Below are positions 22,900 through 35,540 of a DNA stretch of 64,000 nt, in pieces (the stretch's first letter is position 1; the number at the start of each line of letters is the position of its first letter). A program made the translations under genes and the position numbers. Source of the DNA: Antedon mediterranea (lineage: Eukaryota; Animalia; Echinodermata); the NCBI RefSeq assembly GCF_964355755.1, contig NC_092672.1, forward strand, positions 21,093,237-21,157,236, read 5' to 3'. Below the pieces are notes generated by a model. The model saw only the letters and a list, made by a program, of their open reading frames with translations, had not been told where the DNA came from and ran no database searches.

Positions 22900-25520
22900 A
22901 CCTTTCTTTAACAACACATTCAAGACTGTCTGCTCTTGAAAACAAATCACCAGATTCTATTATACTTGTAATTTGTGATGTTAATAAATGCCACCTTAAC
23001 TATCCGGGCTATGTTCAATACATTAATAAACCAACTAACTCCCGTACCACTTTAGGTGCCTCGAATCATAACACAATATGTATGTTGCCGAAATACAGGC
23101 AATACTTTAATAATAAATTTAAGCCTGCTACAATTAAATACCGCTCCTGGACAAGAGATGCAATGGTCAGACGTGTACTATGACAACACTGGCATAAATG
23201 CTAGTGTGACTGTCATCAATGAATACATCAAGCAATGCATCAACAACGTGATCCCAATTAAACATAAGAAGTCATACTTACACAACAAACCTTGGATGTC
23301 TAAAAATATTGCAACATGCGAAAAACAGCGTGCCTTTGCTAACAACGTCTACAGTCTCGTGAAACAAAAAGAAATTAGAAATTCAAAAACTGTGATAGCC
23401 AAGCAGCATGTAAAGCAATGCAAACCATAACTGGTTTTAACTGTAAACAAAAAAAAAGGATATAAATGGTAATACAAACTAAACTTGTAAATGACCTCAA
23501 TGAATTCTATTGTAGATTTGACAAATACGACTTTAGTGATTGTATTAATGCAAAAGTTAAGTTACTAGAAAGCAAAGTTAAACTATTAGATCATGAATCT
23601 TACATGTTGCATGTCAATGAACACTTAGTTAAGCAGGTTTTAGGTGTTAAGGTAACTAAATCTATGGGCCCTGACGGTATTAGTAATAAAGTCCTGAAAT
23701 GCTTTAGCCACCAATTGTCGGCAGTTTTCACTAAACTATATCAACGCTCTATAGACTCTGGATTGATCCAAAATATTTAGAAAACTTCTCTAATTTCTTC
23801 TTTACCAAAAGCTAAAAATAAACCTCCTACTTACCTCAATGATTACCGTCCCATCGCGTTAACATCAAATCCCATGAAATGTCTCGAATCATACTAAGAG
23901 CACTGGGAAAGTCAAAAGATGAATACCGCAAATGATATTAATCAGTTTGCATATAAACCAAACCAAGGTGTGGATGATGCTGTGATCATATACAATGTCT
24001 ATAAACACCTAGACAAACAAAGATCCTACTGTATATCAGGTTAACCTTTATTGACTTTTTCAGTGCCTTTAACCATACTTTAACTGTATTCAACCCCACC
24101 TACTCATTGATAAGATGTATAAATTAAATTTCAATAATAAAATTTTCTTTGGCTTAAGTTACCTGAGAGAGAGACCACAGTATGTTATTAATTAAAAATT
24201 AGTGATACACAATCTGAATTACGCAAAGTTAGCACGAGCGCACCACAAGGCTGTGTCCTATCACCCATTTTATTCAAACTCTATACCAGTGACTACTTAT
24301 GTAAAGAGCCAAAATGCTCAATTATCAATTAAGCTGAAGACACTGTCATAACAGATTTTATGTCAGATAAACCAAATGGCTATTTTGATGATGAAGCTAA
24401 CCAGTTTGCATAATGGTGTAGAGATAATTTTTTAGAGCTAAACATTACGAAAACTAAAGAACTTATTATCGATTTTAGAATTAAGAAACCTCAAATTGAA
24501 CTTCTCCTTATTGATGGTGAAGATGTTGAACGAGTCAACAAATACATATATTTAGGAACCATAATTGACGAGAAACTCACCTGGATCGACCAAGCCATGG
24601 TAAAGAAAGCTAACTAACAACTGTACTTTTTAAGGAAACTTAGAACTTTTAATGTAGATAGTAAAATACTGTTACTTTTTTATAAATCTGTTGAATATAA
24701 TCTGTTACTATGGGAACACTTCACAATTGATTACTATAAAAAGCAATACAAGCGTGTAGTCTAAAACACCGATTTAAATACCGTCTCCTAATTGTATGAA
24801 GATTGTTTGATTAAAAAAGTGAAAGCAATAATGGATAACGATACCCACCCGCTCAGGCTTTCTTTTATGCTTAATCAAGCTGGACGTAGAGTACCGCTTA
24901 GAATACGAACCTCAAGATACCGATTACCATTCGTCCCACAATGCATTTTCGAGTATAATAACACAAGTTGATAAATTATAATCAATCTTACACAGAATTT
25001 ATAATATTAATTACACTCTCTGTAAATTATATTTCTTGTTTCCTTTTTATATCTGTATTTTATAGTATTTTTATATCTGTAGTTTTATATGAATTTGTTT
25101 ACATTACATACTGTGTATTTTATATGAATTTGTTTACATTACATACTGTGTATTTTATATGAATTTGTTTACATTACATACTGTGTATTTTATATGAATT
25201 TGTTTACATTACATACTGTGTATTTTATATGAATTTGTTTACATTACATACTGTGTATTTTATATGAATTTGTTTACATTACATACTGTGTATTTTATAT
25301 GAATTTGTTTACATTACATACTGTGTATTTTATATGAATTTGTTTACATTACATACTGTGTATTTTATATGAATTTGTTTACATTACATACTGTGTAGTT
25401 TTATATGAATTTGTGTATTTTTAACTTTTTTAAGTTATTCTAAATGTTTTATGCTGTTTATTGCCTTGAGGAAGAGAAATTTCAAATTATATATTTTTTG
25501 ACAATAAAGTTATCTTGGAT
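22900..25520 (+). mobile_element. Degenerate Rex1/Babar-like LINE
   Basis: Broken fragments NKPWMS, LNEFYCRF, KSMGPDGI, DYRPIALTS, PQGCVLSPILF, KTKELIIDFR, YLG, DTHPL; many stops and frameshifts. Confidence 0.85.
25083..25415 (+). repeat. 35-bp tandem repeat, ~9.5 copies, in the LINE 3' UTR
   Basis: Unit gaatttgtttacattacatactgtgtattttatat. Confidence 0.95.
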
Positions 25521-25832
25521 TTTGAATATGCATTGGCTTATAACTTTTAATTCAGGTTTAGATTTATTATTCATTCATTCAATTCATGTAAGACTTTGAT
25601 AAAGGTTTTTCCTTTAAATATTATGTTTATTTCTGTTATATTTATATTTACTTTTAATTTATGTTTGAACAAGGAAAGTCTTACATGAATGAATAATAAA
25701 TTTTGAGTATTGTATTTTGACGTTGAACTTGAGTGCAGAAAGTTATTTTGAAGAAACACCTACTTATTGTGTAGAGTACAACACTTGTATATTTATTTAA
25801 ATTTTAAAAACATGCATTTTTGTTGATTTTAG

Positions 25833-26030
25833 GTTAAAGAAATGGCCAGACAAAACGGAATTGGTAATGAAAGCCAACAGTTAATTATGCTTAACTTTCT
25901 GTACGACCTTGGTGACATCATCTACTTGCCTGATAATGAATTATTACGAAATCAAGTGGTGTTGGACCCAATGAGTCTTGTTCAGTTTGTTACAGCATTT
26001 GTGAAAGTGGTTACACCCGATGAGTTTAAA
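25833..26030 (+). CDS. Exon: COR domain (MLNFLYDLGDIIY...VVLDPMSL)
   Basis: Canonical COR motif L.FLHDLG.I.Y..V.LDP..L; phase 0-0; GTAAGT donor. Confidence 0.92.
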
Positions 26031-26708
26031 GTAAGTGGGCTTATGTTGATCAACAAAACACTCATTCGTTCAGAAGTTGACAGATAAAAAAAATGCTAGA
26101 TTGGTGAAACTTTTAATTAGTCTTAAACTTTCTCTAATTTATCTGTAAACCCCAACACAATCAAGTTTGTTTCATTTGACACAAATGTTCCAATTGTGGT
26201 AAAACATGTGATGAATCTATATATAGGAGTACTTTTAGAATGTGGTACGCAATGTCGATACTGAAACATACCCACACACAATAATATGATGCTGCTTTGC
26301 AGCAGGCTATCTTCATCTACAATAATTGTTTTGTGTATGATATAATTGTGAAGGTCCACCCAAATTCATCAAAGGTGTCAAAACAAAATTGGCTTTGTTT
26401 AAATTTGTTTCAATATTTGGACAATTTTTTACTACATACATGACCACCATCATATTTGCAGGTATAGCCCTCCAGTACACATATACAATAGCTTTGTCTA
26501 CATTTTTTTTTATGCCAAAGCTTCATTACAGTATTTAAGAACCATTTGAGGGCACTTCCTAGATACAGGATACGAAAAGCAAGCATACTGTACCCTCTAG
26601 TTAAATTAATTATATTGGTTCTCATAAAAATTCTCTTCTTTCTCTTAACATTCATTCACTACTGGTTCATGGACACAAAAGTATATTTTGATTGTTTTGT
26701 TATTTTAG

Positions 26709-26903
26709 ACACCTCAGTACCGTGAAGCCTTTAGAAACCTTGACAAAGGCATACTGGATGAGATGTTGTTAAAGAAATTGTGGGAGAAAAAGGGTATTGA
26801 TAGTGAGAAATTTCAATACCTTGTTGACCTGATGATTTGATTTGGTTTCATTTGTGAGAGAACAACTTCCATCAGCCAAGCCAACACAGCAAGTACATCT
26901 ACA
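26709..26903 (+). CDS. Exon: COR domain with in-frame nonsense codon
   Basis: LDKGILDEMLLKKLW..YLVDLMI*FGFICE; TGA at 26838-26840 where COR has LM.(K/R/H)F. Confidence 0.85.
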
Positions 26904-27261
26904 GTAGGTTTTTTTCTTAGCTTTTTTACCCAAATTTATTTTACGACCAATATTTTATATGGTTTTTTTTCAAGAACAACCCTGTTGATGACATACCCTT
27001 ACTTCTGAGAGGTAGTTTAAATGGGATATAAAGGAATTTTTGTAATTGATGAAAGCTGCTTACGTTTTGCCCCAATAACGCACTTAGGCCGTCTCAGTCT
27101 TCAACCTTCCTTGCTACTGGCCTGATTTTAACAAGACTTAGTATTAAAGATGTTAGATACATTGCTTTAAGCACTATTATTTTACTGTACTTGTTTAAAG
27201 TTTGATCAAAGCAGATTAAATTTTATTGCATTTTTACACATTTTAACATTAATTATTTCAG

Positions 27262-27573
27262 AAATCAGTTGTCAAGCGATCATTTTTTGTACCACTACGA
27301 CTTGCTTTTGAGACGTCACCATCCAGTGAAGTGAAGTCTGTGCATGATGGGCACTATTCTATCAGCATCTATTACGACCTTTGTGGACATCTGCCTGACA
27401 TACTGTTTCCATATTTAGTGATTGATTTCATTAATGAATATCAGAAGGAGACAGAAGATGAACCACAACTATCCCATAATCATGCTGAGCTCTACATAGA
27501 CCAATGTCATAATGTGATTCTGTCTCTTGTTCAATTGGTAACTAAAGAAGATGAACGAAAGTTCATGTTAAAG
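27262..27573 (+). CDS. Exon: COR domain C-terminal part
   Basis: SFFVPLRL..IYYDLCGHLPDILFPYLV; 312 nt open, phase 0-0. Confidence 0.88.
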
Positions 27574-28098
27574 GTGACATTAAATCTTAAATTTAAACTA
27601 TGAATAGTGTAATGTTATATTTTGGTGCTATTAAATATGTTATATACAAGTGTGCGACAATAATGCATGCAATAGCTTTCAAATCCTAAAATTAATATGC
27701 TACAACCGATCAAGTGCATATAAAAACTAGAATGGCACTCTGAGAGTTCATACCTCCGCCTACTGTAAAATTCTTAATGCTGCGTGTGATTGGGCTAATT
27801 TCACTACAACAATTTTTATGCAAGTTTGGTGTAAATGTTATTTAACCAGCCTTTCAACTGACAATAGTTTCAGTTGACTATCAATAGAACAGCAACGACA
27901 AAAACAAGAAATTGAGATTCCAGTTTATTTGTTACTTTGAGACTGCTCGCCATCTTTTGAAAATTCTCTCTAATCTTTTAACACTAACAGATCTGAAATA
28001 ATAATAAAATGTCCAGAATTGGCATCCTGAGATCCATAAGATTTATTACAAACATAATAGACAAATAAACTTATGTACTTTAAAATGTTTGTCTTTAG

Positions 28099-28176
28099 GG
28101 TACAATTAAAGGCAGAATGGCAATTGCAGAAACAGCTACCACAGAATGTGAACCTTCTCCTGAAGCATGTAAACAG
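28099..28176 (+). CDS. Exon (GTIKGRMAIAETATTECEPSPEACKQ)
   Basis: tttAG acceptor, CAG|GTATGT donor, 78 nt, phase 0-0; different frame from the listed ORF. Confidence 0.75.
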
Positions 28177-28512
28177 GTATGTTATGATTTCTTTTAAAAC
28201 ATGCACCATTGGTGGCGACATTCAATATTTTTATTCGTCGATAAGTCCAGAAAATATGAATACACCGCACAATGAATATGTAGTACCGGGACGATTCGGC
28301 CAGGAGACGATTCGTGTACATACATCATTTCTGACAGGGGACATAATCATAATTGGCATATATTTCGCATCTTACAAGACTTATTTTCAGTACATGTTCA
28401 AATCTCACACACATAGTTTCCAGAGGCGTTGGCCATGTTTCAGAAATTCTCAGTAGAGTGAAGCGAACAAACTCTCTAGTTAAAAGGAATTATCAACTTT
28501 ATTTTCTTACAG

Positions 28513-28714
28513 GTTATGTCAACGCTTGAGATGTCTTTCAAACATTCTAAAGATGGTGGTAGAAGGGGCATTAAATTCCATCGATGCATTCCCTGTGATT
28601 GTAGTAAGACATCTGAGAAGAAACACATGCAAGTTCTTGGTGATTTCCAGGAAGAGATGTTGCCATGCAAAGGAGATCGGATGAATGTTAAACGCTACAA
28701 GAGGCTATTTGGCA
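28513..28714 (+). CDS. Exon: Cys/His-containing post-COR segment
   Basis: RCIPCDC..KKH..LPC..YKRLFG; phase 0-1; GTAAGT donor. Confidence 0.8.
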
Positions 28715-29884
28715 GTAAGTTCAGCAATACTAGAGTACAAATTATACAAATCACTGGTGCATTGTATTTCAGATTAAATTTCATGGTGAAGGGCTCTATT
28801 TGATGAAAACAATATAGATTTTGGATAAAAAAGTAAGAAGTGTAGATACATACAGGTAATGATTCAACAAATTACATTCAATAGAATTTAAACAATAACT
28901 ATGAAGCGGTTAAAATATGTGCAACAAGATCATCATCATTATCACCCTACATAAATGAATAGAATACACTTTAAAACGTCATTAAAGGCAAGCAATTACC
29001 CATAATGTTTAATGTCTGGTAAACACGCATCGTGACACTAGCAGTGGCACTGTGGCTTGGTGTATTACTGTACATTAGTCCTTGGTTCAAATCATAATAC
29101 TAAGATGTTTCTCATGACCCAACAACAACACCGCAATTTACATAGACGAGTGATAATGGTAAGCGGTAAACTGCATGCTTGTCCCACGTAAGATCTATAT
29201 CTATCCTGAGTGGGTTTCCACTAAACCGCCATCCACGTTTAAAAAACATAGATTCTGTATTTTTGTTTTTCATTACCCCTTACAGTTCACGCTCATCTGT
29301 GTAAATTGGCCTTAAGCCTAATATTAATCCCGATTTATAAAATATGGATTTGTATTTCATCTGTAATTGGTGAGTTATGTTCTTGCTTTTGGATCTGCTG
29401 CGTTAAAATTATATATTATACATACCATAATGGTATGTTACTAAACTTTACAGGTTTAAACTACTGTAGTATTGTATGACAAGCAATTGGTCATATGATG
29501 TAAACACAAATACCCTTTTTAATTCAACAGTGAGTTTAAACTGCCTAGTTAAATACATGCATTCTTTTTTATTTGTATCAGTATTATTATCATCATTGTA
29601 AATGCACTTTTCATATTAGTGTATCAATAAATAGGCCAGAAAATAAAGTGTTCATTCAAGTAAGCATTCGTAGCTGATGGGGCCATTTATTCAAAAGCCA
29701 CTGCTGTCATCACACATAATATTTACACAGAATACCACAATGATCACCTTTTCAAAGCAACATATTTAATTTCGTCATTAGTAGTCGCATTACATGTATG
29801 CACAGTATTTGTTGTTATTTGTTTCTAAAATGTTAATAATAATTATAATTCTGAATCAAAGAAAAGTATATTCTTATTTTGTAG

Positions 29885-30136
29885 ATGAAAGAACAAGAGA
29901 ATTGATGAAGCTAGCAAAAAAGCTAGGCAATGAATGGGAACAACTGGCTGTGTTTCTTGGGTTCACTAAGGCAGAGCTTGATGGCTTTAAATATGGCAAT
30001 CGTAACATGCTAGGAGCAATATTCAGCATGCTAGACACTTGCTGCAAGAAGGCAGGTACTAGCAAGTCATGGAATATACAACTCACTAAAGCACTCAGAG
30101 AAATTGATAGACACGATTTAGCAGATGAAGTCAAAA
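29885..30136 (+). CDS. Exon: death domain 2
   Basis: 252-nt phase 1-1; LAKKLGNEWEQLAVFLGF..IFSML..LTKALREIDRHDLADEV. Confidence 0.92.
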
Positions 30137-30787
30137 GTAAGCTATAAACAGTGTTCTAAAAACTGCTAATAATTTTAGCCCTATCATCACCATCCTTTTC
30201 AATTTTTTATAAATACATTTTTGTTAAATATGTTTTACGTTTCATTATAGAGTTGATGTCTATAACATAGTATATTTTCACAACTTCCCATACAATACAT
30301 TTCTTTTTTTTTGTAACACCATTGTTGGTATTTTAATATTTTTTACGTTTCATTATAAGTCTATAACTTAGTTTTCTTCCACGCCATTCCATTTTGTATT
30401 ATATTAAAGTTTCTTAGCAGCTTTTGGACTGATTTTAATAAATAAATAAAACATTGTTCCAACAACAGCAACTAAAACATTGACTGATTTATACTTTTAT
30501 ACTTTTGTACTCATTTTCATGTGCTTACAATTTAGATAAAGAATCTCAATTATTTTCCATGTATTTGGTTTGATAATGAACAACTATTTTGATTTTCAAT
30601 GAATATATACAATTGCCCAGCAGGTAATTCAGTGATATTTTGTTTAAGTAATACTGTAGTAAGACAATGTATTCTCCACATTCAACTTGTTATGAAAAAA
30701 TGTTATTCCTATTACATTAAATTTAATATCAGTGTGTAAAATCTCAAATGTGAAAGAAATAAGAGAAAAATCTTTTTGTTTTCTTAG

Positions 30788-31044
30788 ATGAAGCATCTAA
30801 AAAATTAATGGAATTAGCCAAAAAACTTGGCAGTGAGTGGGAACAAGTTGCAATATTCCTAGAGTTTGCAAAGGCTGACCTTGATCGCTTTAAGCAAGAC
30901 AATCATGGTTACTTGCTAGGAGCAATCTTCAGTATGCTGGATGCATGGTACAGGAAGTCGTCAGGTACTATGTCACAACTAATTGAAGCCCTTAAACAAG
31001 CTAACAGAAATGACTTAGCAGATGAAGTTAAATGCAGGCTATGA
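30788..31044 (+). CDS. Terminal exon: death domain 3
   Basis: LAKKLGSEWEQVAIFLEF..IFSMLDAW..LIEALKQANRNDLADEVKCRL*; clear paralogue of the preceding exon; AATAAA at 32295 and 32428. Confidence 0.9.
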
Positions 31045-31148
31045 AAACAATGATTGTTTGAATGTCACTGCCTACAACCAGCAGTATCAGCAGCATCACT
31101 GTCATTGAAATAATGTTGACTTGTGCATTTATCTATTGTGTATATTAA

Positions 31149-31880
31149 AATTAAATGTCATTCACCAAGGTATTGATTGGTCTTCCTGGTTGTATTCTAA
31201 CCTTCCAGTTCATTTGTATTGTTTACAATAACTCAACAGTCTCACAATAGATTGTAAATCAATTAAATGTAATTTACCAAGGCATTGATTGGTCTTCTTG
31301 GTTGTATTCTAACCTTCCAGTTCATTTGTATTGTTTACAATAACTCAACAGTCTCACAATAGATTTTAAATCAATTAAATGTCATTTACCAAGGCATGGA
31401 TTGATCTTCCTGGTTGTATTCTAACCTTCCAGTTCATATGTATTGTTTACAATAACTCAACAGTCTCACAATAGATTGTAAATCAATTAAATGTCATTTA
31501 CCAAGGCATTGATTGGTCTTCCTGGTTGTATTCTAACCTTCCAGTTCATATGTATTGTTTACAATAACTCAACAGTCTCACAATAGATTGTAAATCAATT
31601 AAATGTCATTCACCAAGGCATTGATTGGTCTTCTTGGTTGTATTCTAACCTTCCAGTTCATTTTTATTGTTTACAATAACTCAACAGTCTCACAATAGAT
31701 TGTAAATCAATTAAATGTCATTTACCAAGGCATTGATTGGTCTTATTGGTTGTATTTTAACCTTCCAGTTCATTTGTATTGTTTACAATAACTCAACAGT
31801 CTCACAATAGATTGTAAATCAATTAAATGTAATTTACCAAGGCATTGGTTGGTCTTATTGGTTGTATTCTAACTTTCCAA
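31149..31880 (+). repeat. 112-bp tandem repeat, ~6.5 copies, in the putative 3' UTR
   Basis: aattaaatgt.. recurs at 31149, 31261, 31373 and onward. Confidence 0.95.
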
Positions 31881-32616
31881 CTCATTATATACTAGTATAA
31901 TGAAAACAAATACACAGTTGTGTGCACAATTTAAACATTAAATATGACCACCTGCAATACCATAAGTTACAATTTACAACGTTCATATGAATTTGTTAAA
32001 ATATTGGTATGTTGCAACTTGAATTGGATATATCATATTAACAATTATGGCGGCAGTACACAACCACATTGATGGATTGGAAGTTGAAGGATTTTTAGAT
32101 TTACAGTTGCAACCAATCAAACTGTACAACAGTATGTTTGTAAATATCATTTGTTTTGTATCCTTGTTGTCCTTTATTATTAGTATAATACAAAATATGT
32201 GTATTTCCAGTTTCAAACTTATTAACATTCACTTGGAAACAGAATAATGTATACATTATAAAGTGTAGATCATTTAATCATAATCATAATTAAGAATAAA
32301 TGTTAGTTAAAATAAGAATATTCTGCAATTTTAATGCCACTTTGTAAACATTTTTTTATAATTTAATTTTTTTACTGCCATATAATTAAGTTTAGTTTTT
32401 AGATGTTTGTTTTACTTTGTTTTTCTGAATAAAGAAACCTTTATATGTTAGTCTTTAGATGTGTATGGTGCTAACCAAATTAACCAAATGTATTTCTATG
32501 TATAAATTTTTCAAAATATTTTGTTAAAGCTAACTACTTTTCTTAACTATGATACCAGTTATTCCGATATTTACTGTTCAATTCAATTTCGTAACCGATA
32601 TATGGCTAGAAATACC

Positions 32617-33372
32617 ATTCAAAGGCATGGTCCAATCTAATGCATGGTATTGATGCTTCTATACAACATTCTTATCTGTTAATACATTCAAATACAGTAC
32701 TATTCAAAGGCATAGTCCAATCTAATGGATGGTATTGATGCTTCTATACAATATTCTTATCTGTTAATACATTCAAATACAGTACTATTCAAAGGCATAG
32801 TCCAATCTAATGGATGGTATTGATGCTTCTATACAACATTCTTATCTGTTAATACATTCAAATACAGTACTATTCAAAGGCATAGTCCAATCTAATGGAT
32901 GGTATTGATGCTTCTATACAACATTCTTATCTGTTAATACATTCAAATACAGTACTATTCAAAGGCATAGTCCAATCTAATGGATGATATTGATGCTACT
33001 ATACAACATTCTTATCTGTTAATACATTCAAATACAGTACTATTCAAAGGCATAGTCCAATCTAATGCATGGTATTGATGCTTCTATACAACATTCTTAT
33101 CTGTTAATACATTCAAATACAGTACTATTCAAAGGCATAGTCCAATCTAATGGATGGTATTGATGCTACTATACAACATTCTTATCTGTTAATACATTCA
33201 AATACAGTACTATTCAAAGGCATAGTCCAATCTAATGGATGGTATTGATGCTTCTATACAACATTCTTATCTGTTAATACATTCAAATACAGTACTATTC
33301 AAAGGCATAGTCCAATCTAATGGATAGTATTGATGCATCTATACAACATTCTTATCTGTTAATACTTTCAAA
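32617..33372 (+). repeat. 85-bp tandem repeat, ~9 copies
   Basis: tattcaaaggcatagtccaatctaatgg.. recurs every 85 bp. Confidence 0.95.
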
Positions 33373-33974
33373 ATTATAAAAGATCAATTATTATCAACCT
33401 ATTGGTAAGATCAATATATATATATGTCATGTTATAAGCCTGTTATATAATCTGTCAACATTTTTTGTTTTAGTATTTTATGTTTTTAATATAATCATGT
33501 TTGTAATTGTTATTATGTTTTTAGGCATGTAGTACATATCATGTTTGTAATTATTATCGTATTTTCTTATTTCTTTTTAAGGTGAACACACTGTGTACGA
33601 GTTTGCTATTTTTTGGTCATTCTTTCCATTTAAATTGTCAGAAATCAATTGTGATATTTTAGAGATTGGTTACCCTCTCATTATGCCCAGTCTCTCAGCT
33701 GAAATATGTCAGGAGTCAATTGTGATACATCTAGTGAACCGCACAAATCGATGAGAACATTTAAGAGATTGGTTACCCTCTCATTATACCCAGTCTCTCA
33801 GCTGAAATGTGTCCTATGTGTTTACATCCCTGATATGATGTTATATAGGCCTATATTCTAAAAAGAGAGATGGGAACAAATAAACTGACTCTGAAACAAA
33901 AATTATTAAAGTAAAACATGCAACTAGATTGAAAATGAAAGCCATTTATTCTATGATTGTGCACAGCTAATTAT

Positions 33975-34282
33975 TATGTTATGATACCATATTATATAGG
34001 AATCAGTTGTTAATATGTTATGATACCATTATTATATAGGAATCAGTGGTTAATATGTTATGATACCATATTATATTGGAATCAGTTGTTAATATGTTAT
34101 GATACCATATTATATAGGAATCAGTTGTTAATATGTTATGATACCATATTATATAGGAATCAGTTGTTAATATGTTATGATACCATATTATATAGGAATC
34201 AGTTGTTAATATGTTATGATACCATATTATATAGGAATCAGTTGTTAATATGTTATGATACCATTATTATATAGGAATCAGT
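33975..34282 (+). repeat. 39-bp tandem repeat, ~8 copies
   Basis: Unit atgttatgataccatattatataggaatcagttgttaat. Confidence 0.95.
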
Positions 34283-34958
34283 TTATAAAATGTAGTGTTA
34301 ACTATCTGTCGGTTATTTTGTACACCAAAGCAGATGTATTTTGTGATGTAGTTAAATATCTATGGACGTTTTATTACGAAAGGAAAATTATAAAACACAT
34401 TTTAAATATTTTTATATCACTATTTTGAATATAAAGTATCTAATTTACAGTACTAAATTGTTTATATTTGTATGATAAAATAATTATAAATGAATAAAAG
34501 CGGGATGATATTTCCATGAAATATTTCTAATTACCGTGATAATAATTTGTATATTTTGAACTTAATTCATTTTAAATCTGTGTCGTTGTAAGAAGAGAAC
34601 ACCTCAATTATTGCATCCGCGTCTCTTTGGTTGCCGTTTAAATATCACGTCAGCGTTCATCATCATTGCCGTTCGTGTTCATTATCATTGTCACTATCGT
34701 CATTATTCTCAAATCATTATTCGTCACCATCATTCGAAACTGTATATTAAAATGTAACGGATTCTTTCGGAATTCTGTGTGTCACCTCATTAGTGCAGCA
34801 ATGTGTACTAATTCGTGTCTTTAAATTTTCTCTAGACTTAAAAAGTACGTAATTAAATGCACCGTGCAGGAATCAGTAACTTCCAGAAAGAGATCCAAAT
34901 ACTTTGAGGAACTGTAAGCACGCCGAAAAAAAACAACTCATCGTGGTGAAGTGAACAT

Positions 34959-35076
34959 GAACAAGGCCAACAGTCATAAGTCGCGTGCTAAAACGCATAG
35001 TGATACCGGACCGACAGACCGACCGACCGACCGACCGACATAATGAACTATAGAGTCGCGTCCACGCGACTAAAAA
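34959..35076. mobile_element. Short Helentron-associated (HINE/DINE-1-like) remnant
   Basis: (GACC)n microsatellite followed by hairpin agtcgcgt-cc-acgcgact and an A run. Confidence 0.45.
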
Positions 35077-35356
35077 TAGTAGGCAAACATCATGAGTAAA
35101 AAAAGGTCACGATAACTGGTGTGTAATACAAAATTGCTCAGTTGACCATAAATACAATAATATGATAATACGTCATAATCATCGTAACCAACAACATTAA
35201 ATAGTTAGATTATTCCTCATGAATGTTATAAATAATAAACTGAATGAAGCTACTCTAAATAAATATAAAGTTTAGATAGGAGTTAAACGCTTAATGATGA
35301 GACCAGTGAGTTTGCAGAATTTGATAATTACCAACTTAATACAAAAAATAGAAAGA

Positions 35357-35540
35357 CAAAAAGGAGGTGGTCTATATTGCCAACGGAACTATTATGTGAG
35401 ACACTTACCGACCACAACAAAAGGAGGTGGTCTATATTGCCAACGGAACTATTACGTGAGACACTTACCAACCACAACAAAAGGAGCTGGTCTATATTGC
35501 CAACGGAACTAGTATGTGAGACACTTACCGACCACAACAA
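35357..35540 (+). repeat. 60-bp tandem repeat, 3 copies
   Basis: Visible as near-identical consecutive 60-nt lines. Confidence 0.9.

Larger units (their letters stand above)
2700..31044 (+). pseudogene. Multi-exon Roco-family gene (ANK-Death-Roc-COR-Death-Death); 5' end outside window; disabled in this sequence
   Basis: About 22 exons with canonical AG/GT ends and mostly compatible phases. Motifs: ankyrin DGDTALH, P-loop GQEGVGKT, switch I TDGI, G3 WDHGGQ, G4 VVGTHK, COR LNFLYDLGDIIY..VVLDP and FFVPLRL, plus three death-fold exons. Lesions: 1-nt deletion ~22753 and TGA at 26838-26840. Confidence 0.85.

Noticed and set aside
26838-26840. TGA as selenocysteine or programmed read-through
   Set aside because: The position is not a Cys site, no SECIS was recognised, and an upstream frameshift already disrupts the gene.
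2700-31044. Naming the gene DAPK1, LRRK or MFHAS1
   Set aside because: No kinase or LRR is seen and the domain order differs; orthology cannot be shown from this window.
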